A model generated the notes under the pieces. That model did not search any database, was not told where the DNA came from, and worked only from the letters and a program-made list of their open reading frames with translations. From positions 6,610-70,609 of the forward strand of contig JAVVOY010000005.1 of the NCBI GenBank assembly GCA_036656055.1: DNA of 64,000 nucleotides. The letters run 5' to 3'. This document shows, piece after piece, positions 9,649-18,426 of this stretch. The position numbers and the translations under genes were made by a program. Numbering within the stretch: the first letter of the stretch is position 1; each line of letters opens with the position of its first letter. The stretch comes from Bacteroidales bacterium (GTDB taxonomy: Bacteria > Bacteroidota > Bacteroidia > Bacteroidales > G3-4614).

Positions 9649-10329
9649 ATGAAAAAGAGCATATCAACCATATTTCTGATTCTCAGCATTATATTCTGCG
9701 TCTGCCTTATACTTGCCAACATCTTAGAATCCAAAATAGTAAATATCTGCGGCATAACAGTAACGGCCGGGTTAATGCTTTTCCCGATAACATACATTAT
9801 AAACGATTGCATTGTAGAGGTCTGGGGTTACAAAAGATCAAGACTTATAATATGGTTGGGATTTGCTGTAAATTTTGCCGTCGTGGCACTTTTTCAGGTA
9901 GCCATAGCACTACCTCCCGATCCAACATGGCATAATCAGCAGGCATTCGAAGCAATATTTTCCATAACCCCACGCATCGCTGTCGGCAGCCTTATTGCCT
10001 TCCTTGCCGGCTCATTTATAAACGCATACATCATGAGCAAAATGAAGATTGCCTCCAAAGGGAAGCACTTCTCCCTACGCGCCGTAGTCTCAACAATTGC
10101 AGGAGAAGGGGTAGACTCAGTAATATTCTTCCCGATAGCTTTTTGGGGCATACTGCCGGAGAATACAATCATTCACCTTATTATAGCTCAAGCCATAATA
10201 AAAACGCTCTATGAAATTATTATACTACCGGTAACTATAAAAGTTGTCTCATACATTAAAAAACGCGAAGATAGCGATACATACGACAACGGAATATCAT
10301 ACAACGTATTAAAGATAAAAGAGCTATAA
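9649..10329 (+). CDS. yhhQ: Queuosine precursor transporter (YhhQ/DUF165 family)
   Basis: FPITYIINDCIVEVWG, PRIAVGSLIAFLAGS and GEGVDSVIF motifs; adjacent to queF. Confidence 0.92.
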   Translation: MKKSISTIFLILSIIFCVCLILANILESKIVNICGITVTAGLMLFPITYIINDCIVEVWGYKRSRLIIWLGFAVNFAVVALFQVAIALPPDPTWHNQQAFEAIFSITPRIAVGSLIAFLAGSFINAYIMSKMKIASKGKHFSLRAVVSTIAGEGVDSVIFFPIAFWGILPENTIIHLIIAQAIIKTLYEIIILPVTIKVVSYIKKREDSDTYDNGISYNVLKIKEL

Positions 10330-10332
10330 ACA

Positions 10333-10776
10333 ATGGAAAAAGGACTCACACTTCTCGGCAGCAAAACAGATTATCCTTCAGATTATGCGCCTCACGTACT
10401 TGAGGTATTCACCAACAAAAACCCAGATAACGATTACCGTGTAAATCTTAATTGTCCTGAGTTCACCTCTTTGTGCCCCATTACCGGACAACCCGACTTT
10501 GCAACCATTGTAATAAACTATATTCCCGATAAACTCCTTGTTGAGAGCAAAAGTCTAAAAATATATCTTTTCAGTTTCAGAAACCACGGAGCCTTTCATG
10601 AAGATTGCGTCAATATAATTATGTCAGACCTTATAAATATCATGCAGCCAAAATACATCGAAGTAAACGGAATATTCTCACCTCGGGGCGGAATATCAAT
10701 ACACCCTTACGCCAATTACGGAAAACCTGGTACTGATTACGTTGAAAGAGCAAAACAACTACTCATAAACAGATAA
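10333..10776 (+). CDS. queF: NADPH-dependent preQ0 reductase, type I
   Basis: [15 protein letters not shown] (catalytic Cys), VESKSLK QueF motif, FHEDC, PRGGI. Confidence 0.95.
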   Translation: MEKGLTLLGSKTDYPSDYAPHVLEVFTNKNPDNDYRVNLNCPEFTSLCPITGQPDFATIVINYIPDKLLVESKSLKIYLFSFRNHGAFHEDCVNIIMSDLINIMQPKYIEVNGIFSPRGGISIHPYANYGKPGTDYVERAKQLLINR

Positions 10777-10794
10777 AAAGCAGCACTTAGCAGA

Positions 10795-10840
10795 TAAATA
10801 GTTGTGGCGGAGATTAAAAAATCTCCGCCACCACTATTTA
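10795..10840. terminator. Hairpin terminator between convergent queF and korB
   Basis: GTGGCGGAGATT / AATCTCCGCCAC perfect 12-bp core, extended by TAAATAG / CTATTTA. Confidence 0.75.
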
Positions 10841-10892
10841 TGCGTTTAAAAGTATTATTTCCGCAAAAAACTACTTTTACATATCGCTCTTA

Positions 10893-11897
10893 TCATTTAA
10901 CCTCCCAAGTCTCCTCGCTCAAAAGCAAATCCCTCAAAGTCTTTTTAGGATTTTTATCGCGGACAGCTGCAATCTGCAAAGATACCTCCACATCATAAAC
11001 AGGAGCCTCAGCAGAACGTATTACCCCAACAGCCATCGGCAAATCGTGCCCATCCATCATAGCAAGACGGTAGTGCATAAAGTTATCTTTTGTTGTAACA
11101 TCATGCACTAAAATATCATCCATAGTAACACCGTTCTCTCCTATCTTAACAACCTTAAGATTAAAGCCGTCAATAACAAGACCTTTATCATTATCCTTAC
11201 CGAAAATCATCTTCTCACCATGACGTAGATGAATAGTACGCTCAGCTCTAAAATCCTTATTAGAGACGAAACTATGTATCTGATCACTGAATATAACACA
11301 ATTCTGCAGCACCTCAACCACTGAAGCCCCTTTGTGACGTCCGGCTGCAACCATAACCTCCTTTGAAACAGCAAGATCAACATCCAATGTACGAGCAAAG
11401 AAATTCCCACGTGCACCGAAAGTCAGTTCAGCCGGAACAAAAGGATCCTCAACAGTTCCGTAAGGAGAGGATTTAGTTATCGCACCACGGTCACTCGTAG
11501 GTGAGTACTGACCTTTTGTTAATCCGTAAATTTTATTATTAAGCAATAATATATTAAGATCCACATTACGGCGCAATGCGTGAATAAAGTGATTTCCGCC
11601 TATCGCCAAGCAGTCACCGTCACCGGTTATCTGCCAAACTGTAAGATCGGGATTTGCCGTTTTTACACCCGAAGCAATTGCCGATGCTCTTCCGTGAATC
11701 GTATGAAATCCATAAGTTCCCATATAATAAGGAAGACGCGATGAACACCCTATCCCCGATATAACCGCCACCTTATGAGGCGGTATGCCAAGTTCTGCCA
11801 TAGCCTTCTGCAATGTATTGACAACAGCGTGGTCGCCACAACCCGGACACCAACGCACATACTGGTCGCTTTTATAATCTTTTGCCGTATATTCCAT
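10893..11897 (-). CDS. korB: 2-oxoacid:ferredoxin oxidoreductase beta subunit
   Basis: WCPGCGD, SGIGCSSR, TPP-binding GDGD and YGLTKGQYSP motifs; TAATG overlap with the alpha subunit. Confidence 0.93.
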   Translation of the reverse strand: MEYTAKDYKSDQYVRWCPGCGDHAVVNTLQKAMAELGIPPHKVAVISGIGCSSRLPYYMGTYGFHTIHGRASAIASGVKTANPDLTVWQITGDGDCLAIGGNHFIHALRRNVDLNILLLNNKIYGLTKGQYSPTSDRGAITKSSPYGTVEDPFVPAELTFGARGNFFARTLDVDLAVSKEVMVAAGRHKGASVVEVLQNCVIFSDQIHSFVSNKDFRAERTIHLRHGEKMIFGKDNDKGLVIDGFNLKVVKIGENGVTMDDILVHDVTTKDNFMHYRLAMMDGHDLPMAVGVIRSAEAPVYDVEVSLQIAAVRDKNPKKTLRDLLLSEETWEVK

Positions 11898-13750
11898 TAC
11901 TTTTCCTCCGAAAATTTAGTAAAATACTCCACTAATTCACTAACCATAAAAGGCTGTCCCTGAACCTTATTAAAACGGTCAACCGTCAATCCCGGGATCT
12001 TTGAAACAAGATGCGTTGCAAGCTGTCCATTATTAAGCTCACAGACTACAATCTTTTTATATTTCCCTAAAACTTCAACCGTATTCTCAGGCAGCGGATT
12101 TATATAACGAAAATGCGCAAGAGCAGCCTTCTTTCCTTTGGCGTTCATCTCCTCAACAGCCGAGATAAGATGTCCGTATGTACCTCCCCAACCAATAACA
12201 AGCAGATCAGCATCCTTATCACCCTCAACCACCAACGGCTCTATACATTTTGTAATATAATCTATCTTAGACTGACGTAAACCTACCATCTTCTGATGAT
12301 TTGCCGGATCAGTGGATATAGCACTCGTAACAGCATCCTTCTCAAGACCACCCAAACGATGCATAAACCCTTCCATGCCGGGCAATGCCCAATAACGAAC
12401 AAATGTTTCAGGATCACGATTATAAGGACGCCACCCTTTATCAAGCATATCCGACTTCACATAATTAGGCTTAATTTCGGGGAAATCATTCGACTCAGGT
12501 ATACGCCATGCCGAAGAACCGTTTCCAATAAACGCATCCATAAGCAGAATAACCGGTGTCATATGTTCAAGAGCAATTTTCGCTGCAGTGAAAGCCATAT
12601 CGAAACAATCCGTTGGAGTTGCCGCAGCCAGCACTACCACCGGGGATTCTCCGTTACGACCATAAAGAGCTTGCAAAAGGTCTGCTTGCTCGGTTTTAGT
12701 AGGAAGTCCCGTAGAAGGACCACCACGTTGTACGTCTATAATAACCAATGGGAGCTCTGCCATTACAGCAAGCCCTATTGCTTCGCTCTTAAGTGCCAAA
12801 CCAGGACCGGACGTAGAGGTAGCAGCAAGATCTCCGGCAAAAGCCGCTCCAATTGCAGTACAAACACCTGCAATCTCATCCTCAGCCTGCACAACCTTAA
12901 CACCAAGGTCTTTACGTTTTGCAAGCTCATGCAGAATATCAGTAGCAGGAGTTATAGGATAACTACCAAGGAATAACGGCAACCCTGATTTCTCTGAAGC
13001 CGCTATCAATCCCAATGCAGCAGCACGGTTACCGCTTATGTCGGTATAAATTCCTTTTTTTGCACACTTTGTTTCAATACGGTAAGTAGAGACAGAAGCA
13101 TGTATATTATTACCATAATCATACCCATTCATCATTACCTTCAGGTTAGCCTCCAGCACAGATGGTTTCTTTGCAAACTTATTCTTCAGAAGGTGAGCAG
13201 CCTGATCAATAGGACGGTCAAAAAGCCAACAGACCAAACCAAGTGCAAACATGTTTTTGCACCTCATTATAGACTTATTGTCCATCCCTGAACCTGACAA
13301 CGAATTGGCAACCATAGAGGAGATAGCAACCGGAACCGGTTGTATCATTGTAGCCCCTATCTCAGAGAAAGGATCATCAGTTTTAAAAGCAGCCTTCTCC
13401 AAATCGCTCTTCGAGAATGAATCGGTATCAAAAATGACCACACCGTCACTCTTAACAAACTTAAAGTTCGTTTTAAGAGCTGCCGGATTCATCGCGACCA
13501 AGACATCGGCCTTATCACCCGGAGTATGCACTCCCTTACCTATATGAACCTGAAAACCGGATACTCCGCCAAGCGTACCTTGCGGAGCTCGTATCTCGGC
13601 AGGATAATCGGGGAACGTAGAAATTTCATTTCCGATGGCGGCAGAGATATTAGAGAAAATACTTCCAGCAAGTTGCATGCCGTCACCGGAGTCGCCAGAA
13701 AAACGAACGACTACCTTCTCCACCTCTTTTACTTTTGTTTGTCCAGACAT
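11897..13750 (-). CDS. korA: 2-oxoacid:ferredoxin oxidoreductase alpha (gamma-alpha fusion) subunit
   Basis: GDSGDGMQ, YPITPA, QAEDE and QRGGPSTGLPT motifs; likely start ATG 13750 (MSGQTK). Confidence 0.93.
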   Translation of the reverse strand: MSGQTKVKEVEKVVVRFSGDSGDGMQLAGSIFSNISAAIGNEISTFPDYPAEIRAPQGTLGGVSGFQVHIGKGVHTPGDKADVLVAMNPAALKTNFKFVKSDGVVIFDTDSFSKSDLEKAAFKTDDPFSEIGATMIQPVPVAISSMVANSLSGSGMDNKSIMRCKNMFALGLVCWLFDRPIDQAAHLLKNKFAKKPSVLEANLKVMMNGYDYGNNIHASVSTYRIETKCAKKGIYTDISGNRAAALGLIAASEKSGLPLFLGSYPITPATDILHELAKRKDLGVKVVQAEDEIAGVCTAIGAAFAGDLAATSTSGPGLALKSEAIGLAVMAELPLVIIDVQRGGPSTGLPTKTEQADLLQALYGRNGESPVVVLAAATPTDCFDMAFTAAKIALEHMTPVILLMDAFIGNGSSAWRIPESNDFPEIKPNYVKSDMLDKGWRPYNRDPETFVRYWALPGMEGFMHRLGGLEKDAVTSAISTDPANHQKMVGLRQSKIDYITKCIEPLVVEGDKDADLLVIGWGGTYGHLISAVEEMNAKGKKAALAHFRYINPLPENTVEVLGKYKKIVVCELNNGQLATHLVSKIPGLTVDRFNKVQGQPFMVSELVEYFTKFSEEK

Positions 13751-13788
13751 TGTCCTAATTGAATATTGTGTTTTTAACTTCAAGAATG

Positions 13789-13806
13789 TTCAAAAATATT
13801 GCCAAA
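13789..13806 (-). promoter_or_regulatory. Candidate sigma-54 (-24/-12) promoter overlapping a -7 box, upstream of korA
   Basis: TTTGGCAATATTTTTGAA: TGGCA with correct GG-N10 spacing, but GA instead of GC at -12. Confidence 0.4.
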
Positions 13807-14022
13807 CTCTTTTTTTTGTTTCAAATTGCAATCTAATGCAATTTTTATGCAACTATTTTAAACCTATTTTCTATTTGGATTTGCAAAGGAACAAAAAAAT
13901 GAACATATACACAACTATTCTGCAAAAATAAGAGCAAAAAGAGAAGATTTGCGAATTTTTATGCAATAAAAAGGCATTTTTTTGCATAGATGATAAGAAA
14001 AACAAAAAACATCAGATATTTT

Positions 14023-14544
14023 TTACAATAATTTCCGCAACCGGTTCACCGCCAATATCACATCCTCCTTATTTTCCAAAGGGTCAACATTAAAAATAAC
14101 AGATGCACGACTATAATATATTTCACGCTTCGGCAAAGTATCACAGATAAATTCCCACAAGCCAACATCATCCTTTCCTCTAAGAAGAGGACGCGTAGCT
14201 TTATACCTTTTAAGCCTCACAAACAAGGCATCCGGAGAACTCTTAAGATACACCGACCGACCATGTGAGTTCATAAAATCCATATTGTCAAAAAAACACG
14301 GAGCACCACCACCCGTAGCAATAATACAATTATCAACAGCCGCAACCTCATGCAAAGCCTCGCGTTCCAAATTACGAAACACCACTTCCCCTTTATCGCG
14401 AAAAATTTCATTCACTTTACAGCCAGCCTTCTTCTCTATATATTCATCAAGGTCAATAAACTTCGCACCAACACCTCTAGCAAGCAAGCGTCCCAACGTC
14501 GTCTTTCCCGAACACATATAACCGATCATAAAAATACTTTCCAT
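14023..14544 (-). CDS. aroK: Shikimate kinase
   Basis: GYMCSGKTT, DLD, GEVVFR, ATGGG and RPLL motifs. Confidence 0.95.
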   Translation of the reverse strand: MESIFMIGYMCSGKTTLGRLLARGVGAKFIDLDEYIEKKAGCKVNEIFRDKGEVVFRNLEREALHEVAAVDNCIIATGGGAPCFFDNMDFMNSHGRSVYLKSSPDALFVRLKRYKATRPLLRGKDDVGLWEFICDTLPKREIYYSRASVIFNVDPLENKEDVILAVNRLRKLL

Positions 14545-14669
14545 AAAATCCTACCATATATCAATTTAAATCCCAACAAATAAAAACGCTACACTCCAGA
14601 AGATAGGTATAAAAATACGATAACCATTCCGTCTGTTGCCTATACACTCTTTATTACTTTTTACAGACA

Positions 14670-14677
14670 CAAAAATA
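14670..14677 (-). promoter_or_regulatory. -7 promoter box TATTTTTG for aroK
   Basis: Exact TAnnTTTG about 125 nt upstream of the aroK ATG. Confidence 0.5.
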
Positions 14678-14749
14678 GACAAAAAAAGCGCATTATAACT
14701 GCTAACTTAAGCGGAAAGCATATTGTTACATATATTTAGGAGCACAATG

Positions 14750-14780
14750 TTTGTAAATCGCGCTGAAGTTACTATTTTTG
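14750..14780 (+). promoter_or_regulatory. Bacteroidetes promoter: TTTG, 19 nt, TATTTTTG
   Basis: Both -33 and -7 boxes at consensus spacing, immediately before the structured RNA. Confidence 0.65.
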
Positions 14781-14783
14781 CAC

Positions 14784-14969
14784 TGTTAGAAACATCATGG
14801 CTGCATTAGCTATTGTTTTGAGGACTAAGAAATCGACCAAATATTCTATGCCAACCTCTAAAACATCAGTTAATGCCTATGCTTTCATAGGCGTGGGTAT
14901 TACTTTTGTTATGGTTGGCAGGTTCTTGGTCGTACCTTTTAGTCTGACAAAGTAAATTCACGCCTTTTT
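14784..14969 (+). ncRNA. Candidate structured non-coding RNA or attenuator-like element
   Basis: Nested complementary segments TGTTAG/CTGACA, GACTAA/TTAGTC, CGACCAA/TTGGTCG, TGCCAACC/GGTTGGCA and GCCTATG/CATAGGC, plus a competing 3' stem followed by T5. Confidence 0.55.
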
Positions 14970-15022
14970 AGCATACTTCAACAACACAAAACCACCACTC
15001 AAAAAATTTCAAACCATATTAT

Positions 15023-15054
15023 TTTGTTATTAATAGATAATTTTTATATTTTTG
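15023..15054 (+). promoter_or_regulatory. Bacteroidetes promoter: TTTG, 20 nt, TATTTTTG
   Basis: Both boxes at consensus spacing, upstream of the 72-aa ORF. Confidence 0.65.
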
Positions 15055-15197
15055 CCGTTAGCCAATAACAGTATAAACAAGTTTATACACAAAAATATGG
15101 TTGTAAAAACCATTATGTAACAAAGAGATACCAACCAAAGATTGTATACAAAATCTAACGCATAACATATATAAAGCTCAAAATACGGACAATAAAT

Positions 15198-15416
15198 ATG
15201 GATATAAGTAAGATTTACAAATACGAAAAATATATTCCGGTAATGACCGCTGAAGAGTTGTCTGAATTTGAAAAAGTTATAGCAGGAGAAATTCGGTTTA
15301 GTTTCTCACTTACCACTATTTTAAACTGGCAAATACTCTTGAAACAATACGATGACATGGCATACGATATCGCTAAAAAAGAAGCGTTATTTCTTTATGT
15401 TCACAACGACAAATAA
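15198..15416 (+). CDS. Small hypothetical protein (72 aa)
   Basis: ATG in A-rich context (ACAATAAAT-ATG), own promoter, no overlap with other genes; family not recognised. Confidence 0.5.
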   Translation: MDISKIYKYEKYIPVMTAEELSEFEKVIAGEIRFSFSLTTILNWQILLKQYDDMAYDIAKKEALFLYVHNDK

Positions 15417-15491
15417 CCCATAGAAATAAGAATCGTCTTAAAAACAGACCAATACTTATTATACCATTTCATAATATCCCTGACAAAAAAC

Positions 15492-15499
15492 TATTTTTG
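15492..15499 (+). promoter_or_regulatory. -7 promoter box TATTTTTG for rnhA
   Basis: Exact TAnnTTTG 43 nt upstream of the ATG. Confidence 0.55.
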
Positions 15500-15542
15500 C
15501 CTTATAAGAACCAAGGCTAAGAAAACAAAAGCAACGCAAGTA

Positions 15543-16169
15543 ATGTCAAAATGCAATAAGTATTATGTTGTATGGGCAGGTGTCAATCCCGGGATATACA
15601 ACTCATGGAAAGAGTGTTTACTACAAGTAAAAGGGTTTCAGAGAGCCAAATACAAAGGATTTGAAACAATACAAGACGCAGAAACAGCCCTCAACGAAGG
15701 GTATACTTCATATTACAGAAACTCAGCAAAAAAAAAGACCACTACATCAGTACCACGTCCTGAAGAACTGACAAATGCAATAGCAGTAGATGCATCATGC
15801 CTCGGCAATCCAGGAAAGATGGAGTATCGCGGAGTATGGGTTGCTGACGGTGGGCTCATATTTAATGTAGGACCATTAGATGACGGCACAAACAACATAG
15901 GAGAGTTTCTTGCCATAGTACATGCCCTCGCATGGATGCAACAAAACAGTCTGAATCTAACAATATGTTCAGATAGTCGCAACGCAATCTCATGGGTAGC
16001 ACAAAAAAAATGCAAAACAAAATTAGAGCCCACAAGCCGCAACAGTAAGGTTTTTGAACTGATAGCGCGGGCAGAACGATGGCTCAACGAGAACCCCTTC
16101 AGAACTAAGATCGTAAAATGGGAGACAAAACTATGGGGAGAAATTCCGGCAGATTTCGGTCGCAAATAA
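15543..16169 (+). CDS. rnhA: Ribonuclease HI with an N-terminal viroplasmin (hybrid-binding) domain
   Basis: YYVVWAGVNPGIY...AKYKGF domain; AVDASC, TNNIGEFLA and WGEIPADFGRK motifs. Confidence 0.93.
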   Translation: MSKCNKYYVVWAGVNPGIYNSWKECLLQVKGFQRAKYKGFETIQDAETALNEGYTSYYRNSAKKKTTTSVPRPEELTNAIAVDASCLGNPGKMEYRGVWVADGGLIFNVGPLDDGTNNIGEFLAIVHALAWMQQNSLNLTICSDSRNAISWVAQKKCKTKLEPTSRNSKVFELIARAERWLNENPFRTKIVKWETKLWGEIPADFGRK

Positions 16170-16224
16170 GAGATCAAAAACGTAATGGCAGGTTCATACA
16201 CCATACAATAAAACAGAAAGAGAT

Positions 16225-17361
16225 ATGATTATAGGTTTAGATGGTAAACGGGCAGTATCCAACCTTACAGGATTAGGCAATTACAGCCGTTTCATCATAT
16301 CCGCACTTAACACACAATTTCCCGGCAATTCATATAAAATCTTTGCCCCTAAAAAACGCGTCAACCGAGAGTTAGACGAAATACTCCGACCAAACACACA
16401 GATACTCTACCCTGAAAACATTATAGCTAAAGCATTTCCTACACTTTGGCGCAGTAACCTTATAACAAACGATTTAATCCACGAACAGATAGATATCTAC
16501 CACGGACTCAGCAACGAAATACCCATAGGTATAGAAAAAAGTGGGATAAAAAGCGTAGTAACAATACACGACCTTATTTTTCTGCGCTACCCACAATACT
16601 ACAAGCCGATAGACCGTAAAATATACAATTACAAATTCCACCGTGCATGCCAAACAGCAGACCATATCATAGCAATAAGCGAATGTACCAAACGCGATAT
16701 AATAAACTTTTACAATATCCCGGACAATAAAATAGACGTTGTATATCAGGGGTGCCATCCACAATTCACAGTGCCGGCAAGCGAAGAAATAAGACATAAC
16801 GTGCGTCGGATATACAATCTACCCAATCGCTATATCCTATTTGTTGGAACAATAGAACAGCGAAAAAACCTTATGCTCCTTGTTCGTGCAATAAAACTCC
16901 TCCCCAAAGAGATACACCTTGTAGCCATTGGAAGAAAAACACCTTATGCCGAAGAGGTAACCGCATATTGTCAAAAACAGCAACTAACAAAACGTGTGCA
17001 TATTATACAAAGCGTTCCGTTCCATCACCTACCGGCACTCTACCAGCAAGCCGAAGTATTTGCATATCCGTCACGTTTCGAAGGATTTGGAATACCAATA
17101 ATAGAGGCCATTAACTCACATATCCCAGTACTTGCAACAACCGGATCATGCTTAGAGGAAGCCGGTGGAAACGGGGCACTATACGTAAATCCTGATGATG
17201 CAGAGACCGCTTCAGAGGCTATAAATCGTATAATTACCGATAACAGACAGCGCAACTCGCTTATAGCAGCAGGAGATGAACAGATAAAGAAATTCGCTCC
17301 AGATGTAATTGCATCAGGAATCAACGATGTTTACAGAAAAGTATTGAGATGTTCACTCTAA
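16225..17361 (+). CDS. Glycosyltransferase family 4
   Basis: TGLGNYSR, VTIHDLIF, RKN and EGFGIPIIEA motifs. Confidence 0.9.
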   Translation: MIIGLDGKRAVSNLTGLGNYSRFIISALNTQFPGNSYKIFAPKKRVNRELDEILRPNTQILYPENIIAKAFPTLWRSNLITNDLIHEQIDIYHGLSNEIPIGIEKSGIKSVVTIHDLIFLRYPQYYKPIDRKIYNYKFHRACQTADHIIAISECTKRDIINFYNIPDNKIDVVYQGCHPQFTVPASEEIRHNVRRIYNLPNRYILFVGTIEQRKNLMLLVRAIKLLPKEIHLVAIGRKTPYAEEVTAYCQKQQLTKRVHIIQSVPFHHLPALYQQAEVFAYPSRFEGFGIPIIEAINSHIPVLATTGSCLEEAGGNGALYVNPDDAETASEAINRIITDNRQRNSLIAAGDEQIKKFAPDVIASGINDVYRKVLRCSL

Positions 17362-18426
17362 TCCGAGTATCTTAAGATACAGGGAGACATAGCTCTTAGC
17401 ACATCTCTCCCACGTAAATCTCCTACTCCACTCCTCGACAGCGTCTGACGATCCATTCCGCTCCCAATCTTTCATACCGGCATAGAATACATCAGCCATT
17501 ATATCAGGTTTAAGTTGCGACCAATAATAGGCACATTCGCCCCCTACTTCCGGAAGAGATGTAAGGTCTGATAGAAAAACAGGCTTTCCAAACTTCATAG
17601 CCTCAAGAGGCGGAAGACCAAATCCTTCGCATAGCGAAGGAAAAAGAAATGCCTTACAGTTAGCGTATAACAATGCTTTAGTTTCATTGTCAACATGTTG
17701 CATAGTAACAACATTATTCAGTCCAAGTTCTTTTATAACTCCTTTTAGGCTATATCCATATGCACTTCCCCAATTCCCTACCATTATAAGCCTCTCGTTA
17801 GGAAGATATTGCATCATGCGAATAAGAAGTTCCGGATTTTTTTTTGGTTGCAAACTTGATATATGAAGCAAATATCCGCTGTCCAAGAATTCCGTTTTGC
17901 TTGTACAAGCAATCGATGTCAGATCGGTAACCCCATTATAAATGACACTCGATTTATATTCAATTTCCGGGTAGAAGCGTTTAACATCATCAGAAACAAA
18001 TTCAGATATTAAAACAATCTCATCAGCAGATTTTATCCTACCCCCCATTTTTTTTTTGTATCTCTCCTGTTTAGCTCCGCGTTTCTCATACATGAAATTT
18101 ACATCATGCAAAGTAAGAATCGTTCTCGATGCCCGTCTTATAAATTTAATAAGACCGAATTGGTGTACTGCATGGAAAATATCATAATATTTAAATCCGT
18201 AGCGGATAAACAACCGTCGGAACTTATTACCCTTTATGTATTTTACATCATCGCCAAAACAACCTACATAATTTGAAGGTACAATGTAATAAAATTCCAC
18301 TCCGCGCACCAGTAATTCTGGCGCAAAACCAGACAACGCCTCTGCTAATTTATAAGAGACCTCCCCCACCCCTACGTTACGGTTCCGTATAGAATAAAAA
18401 TCTATTGCTATCTTAAACTTTTTCAT
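17353..18426 (-). CDS. Glycosyltransferase family 4
   Basis: LTLHD, PKKN and EGFGLPPLEAM motifs. Confidence 0.9.
   Translation of the reverse strand: MKKFKIAIDFYSIRNRNVGVGEVSYKLAEALSGFAPELLVRGVEFYYIVPSNYVGCFGDDVKYIKGNKFRRLFIRYGFKYYDIFHAVHQFGLIKFIRRASRTILTLHDVNFMYEKRGAKQERYKKKMGGRIKSADEIVLISEFVSDDVKRFYPEIEYKSSVIYNGVTDLTSIACTSKTEFLDSGYLLHISSLQPKKNPELLIRMMQYLPNERLIMVGNWGSAYGYSLKGVIKELGLNNVVTMQHVDNETKALLYANCKAFLFPSLCEGFGLPPLEAMKFGKPVFLSDLTSLPEVGGECAYYWSQLKPDIMADVFYAGMKDWERNGSSDAVEEWSRRFTWERCAKSYVSLYLKILGLE

Noticed and set aside
13973-13985. Plus-strand GGCA...TTGCA as a sigma-54 promoter
   Set aside because: Spacing is GG-N9-GC, not N10, and it points antisense into aroK.
14721-14733. 13-mer TATTGTTACATAT also present at 45905-45917
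   Set aside because: Very AT-rich, only two copies and no palindrome, so plausibly chance.
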